Assembly: GCF_009914755.1 (NCBI RefSeq)
Contig: NC_060927.1
From: the human T2T-CHM13v2.0 reference genome, Homo sapiens
Length of the DNA: 64,000 nucleotides
Reading direction: 5' to 3' (one strand)
Under the pieces are notes generated by a model. The model was not told where the DNA came from, searched no databases, and saw only the letters and a list, made by a program, of their open reading frames with translations. Every line of letters begins with the position of its first letter. The stretch's first letter is position 1. Position numbers and translations under genes: made by a program. Below, one piece after another: positions 51,951 to 64,000 of the stretch.

Positions 51951-52138
51951 AGCAATGATTCTCAACCACGGGTGATTTTGCCCTGCAGGGGAATTTAGCA
52001 ATGTCAGAATATTTTTGGTTGTCACAATTGGATTACTACTGGCATCTAGTGATAGAGGTCAAGCATGAAACTAAGCATTCTATAATGCACAGGACAACCC
52101 CCTTTCATCAGAGAGTTATATAGCCCAAAATATCAATA
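51951..52138 (+). mobile_element. MER20
   Basis: gattctcaacc...gtgattttgccc...actggcatctagt...cccaaaatatcaata. Confidence 0.8.
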
Positions 52139-52206
52139 TCATCTTAATAGATGCAAAATAACATTTGACGCAACTCAACACCATTCTGGTTTAAAAAGAA
52201 AACTCA

Positions 52207-52557
<351 letters not shown>

Positions 52558-52572
52558 AAAAAGAAAACTCAA

Positions 52573-54200
52573 AAGAATACATTTATAGGACTGATATTAC
52601 CCAATTTCAAGACTTATTATAAAGCTACAGTCATCAAGACAGCATGGTATTATGAAAAAATAGACAAATAGATCAATAGAACAGAACAGAATGCCCAGAA
52701 ATAGGCCCACATAAATATAGCCAACTAATCTTTGACAAAAGAGAAAAGGCAAGAGAATGGAGAAAAGATAGTTGTTCAACAAATGGTGCTGGAACAACTG
52801 GACATCCACAAGCAAAAAAAAAAAAAAAAAAAAAGAGTCTAAATGCAGACCTTATATCCTTCACAAAAATTAACTCCAAATATGTAAATGCAAAACTATA
52901 AAACCCCAGAAGATAACATAGGAGATAATCTAGTTGATCCTGGGTTTGGCAATGACTTTTTATATATGACACCAAAAGTATAATCCATGAAAGAAATAAT
53001 TGATAACCTAGACTTTATTAAAATTTAATATTTCTGCTCTGCAAAAGACACTATCAAGAGAACAAAAAGGCAATCCACAGACTGAGAGAAAATATTTGCA
53101 AAAGACATAACTGATAAAGGACTGTTGTCCAGAATACACGAAGAACTCTTAAAAGTGAACAATAAAAAACCAAACAACTCAATTAAAAAATGGGCCAAAG
53201 ATCTTAGCAGACACTTCACCAAAGAAGATATACAGATGGCAAATAAGCATTTGAAAAGATGCTCAACATCATATATCATCGATGCAAATTAAATGCAAAT
53301 CAAAATAATGCAAATTAAAATAATGACATGTCATTACACACCTATTAGAATGGCCAAAATCCAAAACACTGAAAACACCAAATGCTGGTGAGGATGTGGA
53401 GCAAAAGAAAGTCTCATCCATTGCTGGTGGGAAAGCAAAATGGTACAACTACTTTGTAAGACAGTTTGGCAGTTTCTTACAAAACTAAACATACTCTAAC
53501 CATATGATCCAGCAATCATGCTCCATAGTATTTACTTTAAGAAGTTGAAAAGATGTCCTCACAAAAACCTGCACATAGGTGTTTATAGCACCTTATTCAT
53601 TACTGCAAAAACTTGAAAGCAACCAAGATATTCTTCAGTAAGTGAATGGGCAAATAAAATGTGATATATCCAGATAGTGAAATATTATTTAGCACTAAAA
53701 AGGAATAAAAAAAACATATAGGAAACGTAGATGCATATTACCACATGAATGAAGCTCCAAGCTACATTCTGTAAGATTCGAATATGACATTCTGGAAACG
53801 TCAAGACTATGGAGACAGTAAAAAGATCAGTAGTTGCCACAGGTTAGAGGGAGGAAGGGACAAATAGGTAGATCATAGACGATTTAGGGCAGAAAAACTA
53901 CCCTCAATGATACCGTAATAGTGGACACATGTTATTATTCATTTATACAAATCCATAAAATGTACAACTCCAAGAGTGATTCCTAATGCCAACTATAGTC
54001 TTTGGATATGATCATGATGTGTCAATATAGAGTCATCAGTTGTAGCAAATGCACCACTCTGGTGGGGGATGTTGACAATGCGGGCGACTATGCATGTGTC
54101 AAGGCAAGAACATATGGGAAATTGTGTAAATTTCTCTTAATTTTGCTGTGAAACTAAAACTGATCTTTAAAAAGATAAAGTCTATTTAAAAAGAAAAGAA
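52573..54200 (+). mobile_element. L1MC-like 3' portion
   Basis: ORF2 end plus L1MC-type 3' UTR (gcaccactctggtgggggatgttgac). Confidence 0.85.
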
Positions 54201-54474
54201 AAGAAAATTCAGCAAGCCAGACTAGAAGGGAACTTCCTCAATATGATAGAGGACACACAGCTAGCATCAGACTTAATAATAAAATATTGAAGTATTTTCC
54301 CCTAAGATTGGTAATAAGGCAAGAATATGCTCTGATTGATTTTATTCTACATTGTAGTAGAGGTCCTAGCCAGTGAAAGTGAGCAAGAAAAATAAATAAG
54401 AGGTATAAGTATTGGGAAAATAAGTAAAACTGCCTTATTCATAGACAACAAGATTGTATATGTATAAAACTCTG

Positions 54475-55580
54475 GTTCTGAGGCATGACACCAAAAGCAC
54501 AAACAAGAAAAATAGATAAATTGAACTTCATCAAAATTTAAAAGTTTTGTGCTTCAAAGAGCGTCATCAAGAAAGTAAAAAGGCAACCCACAGACTATAT
54601 TTGCAAGTCATATATCTGATAAGAAACTTTCAGAATACTTCTTAAAAAATAAAATTTTTACAACTCAATAATAAGTAGGCAAATAACCTAGTTTAAAAAT
54701 GAGCAAAACATATGAGTAGACATTTCTACAAAAAATATACAAATGACCAAAAAGTACATGAGAGGATCCTCAATGTCATTACCTACCAAGGAAATGTAAT
54801 TCAAAAGCACAGTGAAAGCCTCTTCACACCCACCAGTAGAACTGGTGGTTCTACTGGTAAAAAAGTAGTAAAAAAAAGACAGATAATATAGTAAAAAAAG
54901 TAAAAAAAGACAGATAATATAGTAAAAAAAGTAAAAAAAGACAGATAATATAGTAAAAAAAGACAGATAATAACAAGTGTTGGCAAGAATGTGGAGAAAT
55001 TTGGAAACTCATACACTGCTAATGAGAATGCAAAACAGTATGGCTGCTTTGAAAAATAGTCTGGCAGTTCCTCAAAGGATAAAAATGAGGCAAGCAAAAA
55101 CATGTCCACAGAAAAACTTGCACACGCATGTTCATTCAACAGTATTCATAATACCCAAAATGTGGAAACAACCCAAATCCTCATCAACTGATGTATACAT
55201 AAATAAAATCTGTTCCATCTATACAACGGAATGTTATTCTGCCATAAAAATGAATGATACATGCTACAACATGTAGGAACCTTGAAAACATTATGCCCCA
55301 AAAGACTACATGTTGTATCATTGCTCTTATATGAAATGTTCAGAAGAGAGAAATCCACAGAGACAAAGAGTAGATTGGTGATTGTCTAGGGCTGTGAGGT
55401 GGAGATGAGAGGAGGATGAGACCTAACTGCTCCTCATCACACAGGGTTTCTTGTGGGGGTGATAAGAATGTTCTAAAACTGGATTGTGGAGATAGTCACA
55501 CAGCTCTGGGAATATAATAAGAACACACTTTAAATGGGTGAATTAAATGGTATGTCAATTATGTCTCAATCAAGCTGTTT
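54475..55580 (+). mobile_element. L1MB-like 3' portion
   Basis: ORF2 end plus L1MB-type 3' UTR (aatgttctaaaactggattgtgg...tttaaatgggtgaatt). Confidence 0.8.
54857..54972. repeat. A-rich ~31-bp minisatellite (gtaaaaaaagacagataatatagtaaaaaaa)
   Basis: 3-4 copies. Confidence 0.9.
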
Positions 55581-56677
55581 TAGAAATCATATAGAGTCTA
55601 TTAAACAATTACTAGAATAAGTGAATTTAGCAAGGTTTCAGGATGTAACATCAATGTACAAAAATAAATTACATTTCAATATTCTAGTAAGAATTGGAAA
55701 ATTATATTACAAAACAAATACCACTGACAATAGCATCAAAACACTAGCCAAAATAAAATACCCAGGAATAAATCTAATGAAAGGTATGTGAGATCTATAA
55801 ACTGAAAATTATAAAATATTGCTTTGCAAAATTAAAATATTCCTAAGTGGAGAGATATAGCACGTTCGTAAATTGGAAACTCAATATTGTTTAAGATTTC
55901 CATCCTCCCTAAATTAATGTATAGATTTAACATAATCCATATCACATATAAGCAATCTCTTTTGAAGAAATAGATAAACTAGTTCTAAAATGTATGTGGA
56001 CATGCAAGTCATCTAAAATAGCCAAAACAATTTTGAAAATGAAGAACAAATTTGGAAGCCTTTTGACTACCTGATTTTAAGACTCATTATAAAACTTCAA
56101 TAATCAAGATAGGGTGATGTTGGTGTAAGGATAGGTAAATAAATCAATAGAAAAGACTAGCAAGTCCGGAAAAAGGCACTATACATTACATCCTTGAAAT
56201 GTGTATTTTACCACAATTAAAAATGCAAAAAAATGCTAATGTAGAAACTGAAATACTCAGAAAATAAAAAGAAGAAGAGCAATCATCCATAATCTCTCAC
56301 TGTCTAGAGTTTACCAAGAGCACTTTTTAGTACACAGTATTTATCTTTTCCTGTCTCAGTGGTATAAGTGTATATTTGAGCTTTTTTTAAACAATTGGGG
56401 TCAAATTATATGTATTTGACATTTTTGTTATTGTGGTGTCAGCTTCTGAATCTAAGAAATGGAGCCAAAAAAACTTTCCTTAGTGGGAAAAAAGAATTTA
56501 CTGATACATGCAACACTGTAGGTGAAGCTAAAAATACGTATATGTCTATATGTCAAGTGAATGAAGCCAGACCCTAAAGAGCACATGCTGGATGATTCTA
56601 TTTATGTGAAATCGGAGAACAAGCCCAACTACTATACAGTGTTTGAAATCAGGAAGTAGTTGCTAAGGAAAGGAAGA

Positions 56678-56977
56678 GCTCACGCCTGTAATCCCAGCAC
56701 TTCGGGAGGCCCGAGGTGGGTGGATCATTTGAGGTCAGGAGTTCGAGACCAGCCTGGCCAACATAGTGAAACCCCATCTCTACGAAGAAAACAAAAAATA
56801 CAAAAAAAAAAAAAAAAAAAGACCCAGGTGTGGTGGTGGGTGCCTATAATCCCAGCTACTCAGGAGGCTAAGGCACAAGAATCACTTGAACCCAGGAAGT
56901 GGAGGTTGCAGTGAGCCGAGATCATGCCACTGCACTCCAGCCTGGGTGACAGAGTGAGACCCTGTCAAAACAAAAAG
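56678..56977 (+). mobile_element. AluS (Sx/Sz-like), slightly 5'-truncated, in an old L1 3' UTR (56480-57400)
   Basis: Alu dimer with an expanded A-linker. Confidence 0.93.
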
Positions 56978-59465
56978 GGATGAGGATTTATTGGAAGGAG
57001 CATTGGGAATTGCCTATGGTGATGGAGATGTTCTACATTTTGTTCTGGGCACTGGTTACACAGGTATATGTTGTCACAACTCATTAAAGTTAACAGTTAA
57101 GAACTGTACAATTTACTGTTTCTCAACTATACCTCAACCTAAGAAAGTTTTCTAAGTAAGTGGACCAAAAACTAATCTATGTTAAAAGAAGTCAGAATAG
57201 CGGGCTACCACTGGGGCGGAGGGTATTGACTGGCACGGGATTGAGGAGGAAACCTGCTGCCATGCTGTGTTATTCTACATTTTGATGTAGATTGTGTTAC
57301 ATAGCTGTATAAATTTGCAAAATTTCATTGAGCTGTACATTTCAGTTGTATATGATTTGCTGTATGTAAGTTATATTTCCATTTAAAAACAGTGAATGGG
57401 CCTGGCCTCTGCCTCCAGTCACAGCTCCTTCTCAGTGAAGACACAAGAACTGGCCGAGAAGACCAGCAAAGATGGGCAGGTGGCTTCTCCCTGTTGGTGT
57501 TCAGAGAAAGAAGGGAAAAGGAATAGCTGCCACTGCATTGGTACAAGAGCTCCAACACTCCAGATTTTATTTCTTAATTTCCACATCGAGAAACTGAGAT
57601 GACAATTTTATTTTTCTACACACAACAGCAGATAAGCTATATTCCAAAGAATCATTTGTAAATTGGCTGGTTGAATGCAGAACCCAGTGTCCACAGGAAG
57701 TAATGTCCTAAATGTCCATCAGATGCCCAGGCTAGCCCACAAAAGCTAGAAGGAAAAAGGTCATCAAAATACTATAGGATTTTGTTCAAATATGTTTGCA
57801 AAGTAATGCTCTTACCACAGTAGAAACTAAATCCATTGGAAACATAATAATGTTGAAAAAGACTTCATTTTCTACTTATGAATATTGACACTCGATGAAG
57901 AACTGTGTTGTGTGTAATTAAAGCAGGATGAGTAGGAAGTTTTTTTGGCAATATTTCTAAGAGGAAAGTCTGGGAACTTTCAGGAATTACCTGATTTCAC
58001 TTTGATTTCAAAGTGAAATGGCCACGTCCCTTGTCTTGATAAGTGTCTGTACCCTGATGATTATAGTATGTGCTGACCATGATTACAATTGCTTCTTGAT
58101 TCACAGTGAAGGAAAATGGAAAGACTTTCCTGGGGAAGTCAGGCAGAAAGAAGTTGGAAAGTAAAAGAAAGAATGAAAGGGGTCGGCCGTAATAATAATG
58201 CCTGGCCTTTCCATTCTTTTCTGTGTGATGCTATGTTACCAGCGTCCTCACTTCCTGAGCTCAGGGTCCTCCCTCTGGGCCTCTAGCTACAAACAGAAAA
58301 CAAAGCCACCTTAAACTACTAGCTAGAATTGGTTACCACGTAGTCATTTGATAGATTCTCCAACTCTGTTTTTTCAGTTACTGAATGTTTGATAAATCAA
58401 CTCTTATTTTGTTCCCCTGCATGGTTTTAGTCATGGCAGAGATATTATCCAGAAGCTCTTTAGCTGTGGAAATGAAGAAACTTGCTTCAACCTCATTTCT
58501 TTACAAGGACAGTGATGTAGCCCAGGATGAGGCATAATGACCACCTGTCAGGAGCGAGAGGCTGTCACACTTCAGGAAATACAAGTGACATCATTCAAGT
58601 AGTGGGGACATTTGTTTCCTGAAGGCTGCATTCATTTCTTAGCCCGAGACAGGTGGGCTTCAGGGAGACTGAGTATCCTTGTGTCATGCAGCAGGAATCT
58701 CAGAGGTTCTAAAAGATCACCTGGACAGCTCCATTTCTTGCTAGTCTGTCTTACCATATGACAAGGGCTGACTCACAGACAAGGTCGCAAGGAGAATAAA
58801 AAAGATCTAGTGTGACAAATGTCAGATGGTCTGTGGGGAGGCAGGTGACCTGTGACCCCACCAAACGTCTCTGAATGGTGCTTCTAGAAGCTTGGGTGAA
58901 TGAGCTTGATGCATTCTCAGGCTAAGCCAGCTTCTCCAGGGGCCTGAGCTACTCCCACAGTGCATGCTAGGTTGCAGCAGCTGTTGTGTTGATTCTTCTA
59001 ACGTCAAGACCCAGCTTTGTCTTGTATTAGTTCTATGACATTGTGCAAGTGGCTATAATCACCAAGTCTCCATTTTCTCATTTTTAAGATGATAATAACA
59101 CAGCTCGAGTTTTTGGTGTTAGGGATTAAATCAGGTAGCTGTATAAAAATAGTACATAGAGGAGATAAATAACTTCTCACAGGTGCTGAATTCAGGGAAT
59201 CTCTCGGAAGTGTGGGAGAGATCACCTTTGACATTGTGAAAACCGAGATGCACATCTGAGAGATTTGGGCACGACTCTGTTGCAAATCTAAACTGTCAAC
59301 ATCACAGACTCATACTATATGAGCTCTAGAAAGAACCTTTGAGAAAAACTTGCCCAACTCACTTGTTTATGGATGGATTCTCATCCATGAGACGAAGGAA
59401 TTTACTTGTTTGTCAGTCATTGCAACTGAGTTGCTTGCTCATCAGTTGTTTAAAAATGTATTCTC

Positions 59466-59780
59466 AGCCAGACATGGTGGCTCACACCTGTAGTCCCAGT
59501 ACTTTGGGAGGCCGAGGTGGACTCATTTGAGGTCAGGAGTTCAAGACCAGCCTGGCCAACATAGTGAAACCTGTCTCTACCAAAAAATACAAAAATTAGC
59601 CAGGAATGGTGGCTTGCACCTCTAGTCCCAGCCCTCAGGAGGCTGAGACATGAGATCGCTTGAACCCAGGAGGTGGAGACTGCTGTGAACTGAGATCACG
59701 CCATTGCACTCCAACCTGAGCAACAGAGTAAGACCCTGTTTCAAAACAAAAAACAAAAATAAAACAAAACAAAAAAAAAA
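59466..59780 (+). mobile_element. Alu (Sz/J-like)
   Basis: Diverged full dimer with a (CAAAA)n tail. Confidence 0.93.
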
Positions 59781-62298
59781 CCCAACATATACTCAATAAA
59801 TATTCAATGAATTTGTTAACTCATCTGAGGACACAGAACTAAAAAGAAAAAGCTCAAACTAGAATTCCATTTTCTTCTGACCTACAGAGAATAGGTTTAC
59901 TGTAGTGGGTAAGAGTAATCCAGATCTTGGTTCAAATCTTGACTCTGCCCCGAAGTTGTGCAATCTCAGGCAAGTTATTTAACTTCTTATTAGTAAAATG
60001 AGGATAATTGTATCTATCTCTCAAAGTGTTATTGCAAGAATTAAACAAGATCATGGAGATCGAGCATGGGGCTCTTTCTGTTACAAAAGATCACATATTA
60101 ACAATGACCCAGACAAAAAACAAGTGGGTCAAAAATCTGGATATTCAGTTGGCATCACATGAAGCCTCTAGATATTTGGTAATAGCAAAGTGAACTGAAT
60201 TTCTAAGTTTGTCATCATGTCCTGGCTGATATCTACACTGCCTCTTCCAGGGCAGTCATACCTGACATGTCACCCAGGCCTTCGTGGGCTTTAGCTGCCC
60301 TCCCCAGGGCAGTCAGCACCATGCTGGCAAGAGTGCAGGTCCGTGCTCAGGAGATGGGGCACCAGAAACCCTCCCCTATCTGGACAAGTCGCTGAAGCCC
60401 CTGAGCCTCCATTCCCTCATCTGTGAAAAGCAGGTAACAGTGCCTTCCATACAGGGATATTGTGAGGGATGGATAGCATCATTATTCTGGAAAGTGTACA
60501 GCACTTTAAAAGCAGGAGTGAGTTTTAATGTGCCAACCTAAATCAAGCTTTGGTCTAACTACAACACTGACTGAAATTTCTTGGGAGTTTCTGCAAATTA
60601 AAATTCTAACTTGGGGCTGATACAAAAAAAGAAAAATTCATTTAAAAAAATATAATGACTGGTGATTTTTTTCCCTCCAATTCATTGTGGGAGCCATTTC
60701 TAATCATGCTGACATTTTTCCAAAGAAAGATGGCTAGAGTTAATGCAGACACGTTGAGATGAGAGTCGCCTGGCCTACCCAATGGTGCTGCCAGAGGTAA
60801 TTATAACACACCTGATATTTCCAGACCCCTTTCATTTTTCAGGGAGCCAAAGCACTTTGGAAAGTCAATCATTTAGAAAGGCATAGGGAAGACAATCCAA
60901 TGAGCAATTGGAAGGATAGAAAATACCAAGTTCCTAAGGAACAGTAGCAGATCTGAAAAATGAACCTTTCTCATTTGCTTGAAAAGATGGATGGTTTGTG
61001 CCTGCATTTTCCTTCTCAGCGGTGGCTCCAACACCATGTCATTACACAAAATAATGACTGCACTTGTCTCAGGCTCCATTCGTAGTACTCACATGGTGAC
61101 TGAATTTACTGAACGCAAAACAACTCTCTCCTTCTGATCTGAGAACAACAGGACTGCAGAGGGAGATTGCACAGTGTCTTCTCACACCTTGGCCTCAGTT
61201 TTGGGCAGTGTTGTTTTAATGCAGCCACTTTGACTCCTGGACAAAGTGATAGCCACACTTATTTTGAGAGCCTCAAAAAGAAATGATTAACCTTTGGGCA
61301 TTTCTGAAATTTCCTGGTGATGTGTGCAATAACCCCCTTCACCCCTAGCACCGAGGCTCAAGAATGAAATTAAGGTGTAATGGGGGTACAGTTAGGTCTT
61401 GGGGTTTGGGTAAGGGACGGATTGTTGGTGTGAGGCATGGTGGTAGATCTGGGTATGGGGTGAGGGATGAGATGGGGTCTGATATGGACTGAAGGTGAGT
61501 ATTTGGGTAAGGGATGCAGTTAGTGTCAAGGCTGGGATGAGGCTCAAGATTTGGTAGGGACAGATCAGGTCTGTGGTGAAGAATGGGCAAGGTACAAGAA
61601 GAGTGAGCCTTCATCTTTGGGTAGGGGTAAGGGAAGGGTTTATGTATGTGCCAGGCTGAGGCTCCGGATTTGGGCAAGCAATGGTCAGGCTCCACGGAGG
61701 CTCAAAGATGGATGGTTTGAGACTTAGGGACGGATGACAGGGAAGACCTCAGTGATGGGGTGATGTCTGTTGAATGCATTACTTGCTTTACATTTTTAAA
61801 AGCTGAAAGCTTAAGAGCTTATTTCTTAAGGCCGAGAAACATGTTCTCAGCTGCAGCAAAGCATTCTGCTCTGTCAGATAGCCCAGAGTTGGTCCAAAAC
61901 AAAGGTGGGAAGTCGTCTGTGTTTGTGGCCCCTCCCTGCCTTTCTGTGCGGCTTCCCCACTTTCTGATAGAGCCACCTGGCAGGTGCCCAGCAGTTCTCA
62001 ACAGCCTGTAGCATGGTCCTGGAGTCTCCAGCAAGCCATCCAGGTGTCATCAGCACTGGGCCTTGCAACCCGGAGCCCTGCAACCCTGTGGTAGAGCTGC
62101 ACAGGGATGGGGAGGATCGCGGGATTTAGAGTCAAGAGGACCTGTGTTCTGGGCCTGGGTCTTAGACAAATCCCTGATCCTGAGCCTGATTCTTCAGCTA
62201 TAAACAGCATTTTTCATACTTATCAGATGGGTTTGGAGATTGAGCAAATATGAAGGTATAAAGACCCTCCTAAGATGGTAAGAAAGTATGTTATTGTT

Positions 62299-62602
62299 GG
62301 CCTGGTGAGGTGGCTCACGCCTGTGATCCCAGCACTTTGGGAGGCCGAGGCGGGCAGATCACGAAGTCAGGAGATCGCGACCATCCTGGCTAACATGGTG
62401 AAACCCTGTCTCTACTAAAAAATACAAAAAATTAGCCAGGCGTGGTGGCGGGCTCCTGTAGTCCCAGCTACTCAGGAGGTTGAGGCAGGAGAATGGCGTG
62501 AACCTGGGAGGCGGAGCTTGCAGTGAGCTGAGTTCGGGCCACTGCACTCCAGCCTGGGCGACAGAGCGAGACTCCATCAAAAAAAAAAAAAAAAAAAAAA
62601 AA
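62299..62602 (+). mobile_element. AluY
   Basis: Y diagnostics; TSD aagtatgttattgtt (62284-62298 / 62611-62625). Confidence 0.95.
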
Positions 62603-63199
62603 CTGAAAGCAAGTATGTTATTGTTAATAATTGTGATCATCATCTCAGTACCAGAGACCAGACCCTGAAGAAGACACCAGTGGGCTCTGATGGGGGGACT
62701 CAAGGCTGTCACATAATCAGTACCAGCTCCTCTGAAAGAAAGAACTTCCACCCTCTGGATCTCAGATTGCTCACCTAAGTACCTGCTTTAGCAATCTGAA
62801 ACTCTGAATTCCTCAACATTCCTGTGAGATAAGGAGGAGCAGAAACAGAAAAGGACTCTGGGAAGAGGCTTACTTCACAGGTCCAATAGCCACAAGACAT
62901 TTGAGAAGCATAGATGGCTCTCTCTTTGCCCATCCTGCAACCCTGGATTCTACTTCAGCCATGCTGTTGGTGTATAATGCGTGCTAAGAGTCAACAACAA
63001 GTGCAGCTGGCTTCCTGATGCTACTGGGGCCTCCCTGAGTCCCAAACAGGCACTCAGGTATCACAGAGGCTGCCAACAAGCTGACAACTGGCTGGGCCAG
63101 CAAACAGACAGGGTAACTGCCTGTATACACAATTTAAGTCATGTGTATAGGCAGTTACCCTATATTCCTCCCACAGAGCCCCCAGATTTCACCATTACA

Positions 63200-64000
63200 A
63201 ACCTAGCGCTATTGGTGTTAGCACTATCCTTTCCCCAATCTCTCTTTAAAATGCAAAGATCCCAGCCATGCACGCTGTATTAAGCCCTAAGTTCTGAGAC
63301 TTCTCCTGCCTCCACAGCTGTATCTTTCCAGTCTCCCTTGTGAAGGCCTTTTTTGTCAATCCATCCCCTTACTCCTTGTCTTCTGAGATGACAACATTCA
63401 CAGCCACAGCTTTACCTACCACCTACATGTGTGGGCATCCGAATCCAAGTCTCCAGCCCAGATTCCTCTCCTTGTTTCCAGGCCCATACATTCCTCTGCT
63501 TCCCAGACACCTGGCGACCCATAATGAACACCTCAAATCAACATGTCCATTGGGCAAGGCTTCATCCGTCCCCTCCTCTCCCAGATGCTCCCTCAGGGGC
63601 CCCTTTTTATCCATGGATGTCAGACACCTGGGAGTCTTGTGTTGACTCTCCCCACCAATCAGATCCTTCCACTTGTCTCGATTCACCTGCTTTGTTCAGG
63701 TCTAACTATATTCCACCTAGCACCACTGCAATATCCTACTGAATGGTCCCCCTGGAATCCATTCTCCACAGCACAGGCAGAATGCAAGTCTGCTGCTGTC
63801 ACTCATGTGCTCACACACCTTTGATGACTCCCCATGAGCTGTGGACCATAGCCCACGCCCCAGGAGCTCCATCCTTTGACCCTAGCCCACCTCCTCCACC
63901 TCTTCTCGCACCTCAGCACCCTTCCTCTGTGCTGTGAGCCTCCATTCATAAAACCTATTCGCAGTTCCCAGATCTGGGCGCTTATGTGCATGCTCTAGCT
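63200..64000 (+). mobile_element. L2 fragment
   Basis: Pyrimidine-rich L2 pattern (ctccagcccagattcctctcc...cacctcaaatcaacatgtcca). Confidence 0.6.

Noticed and set aside
54857-54972. CRISPR-like repeat array
   Set aside because: No unique spacers and a human context; it is a simple minisatellite.

Overview
Human genomic DNA containing the oxytocin receptor gene OXTR (chr3p25) on the minus strand. The 4-exon structure can be read from the splice sites: exon 1 ~18790-18407, exon 2 17767-17672, exon 3 17505-16442 and exon 4 from 2394 running off the left edge. The CDS is complement(join(2147..2394,16442..17363)), 389 aa. A CpG island covers the promoter to exon 3. Positions ~19-64 kb are gene-poor upstream sequence made largely of transposon relics (L1, L2, Alu, MIR, MLT, MER, MADE1) and microsatellites. 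No other protein-coding gene is supportable, and I see no clear evidence of a wholly new biological system. The most unusual structures are: a TSD-flanked L1-mediated insertion of an inverted young L1 fragment plus ~240 bp of polyadenylated non-L1 sequence; a fold-back Alu palindrome; a 59-bp templated copy bracketing the rs53576 region; a possible splice-controlled uAUG switch in intron 2; a CTCF-like site in exon 1; an NF-kB motif cluster in intron 1; and a candidate antisense micro-exon. Repeat subfamily names and rsIDs come from recall, not from database searches.
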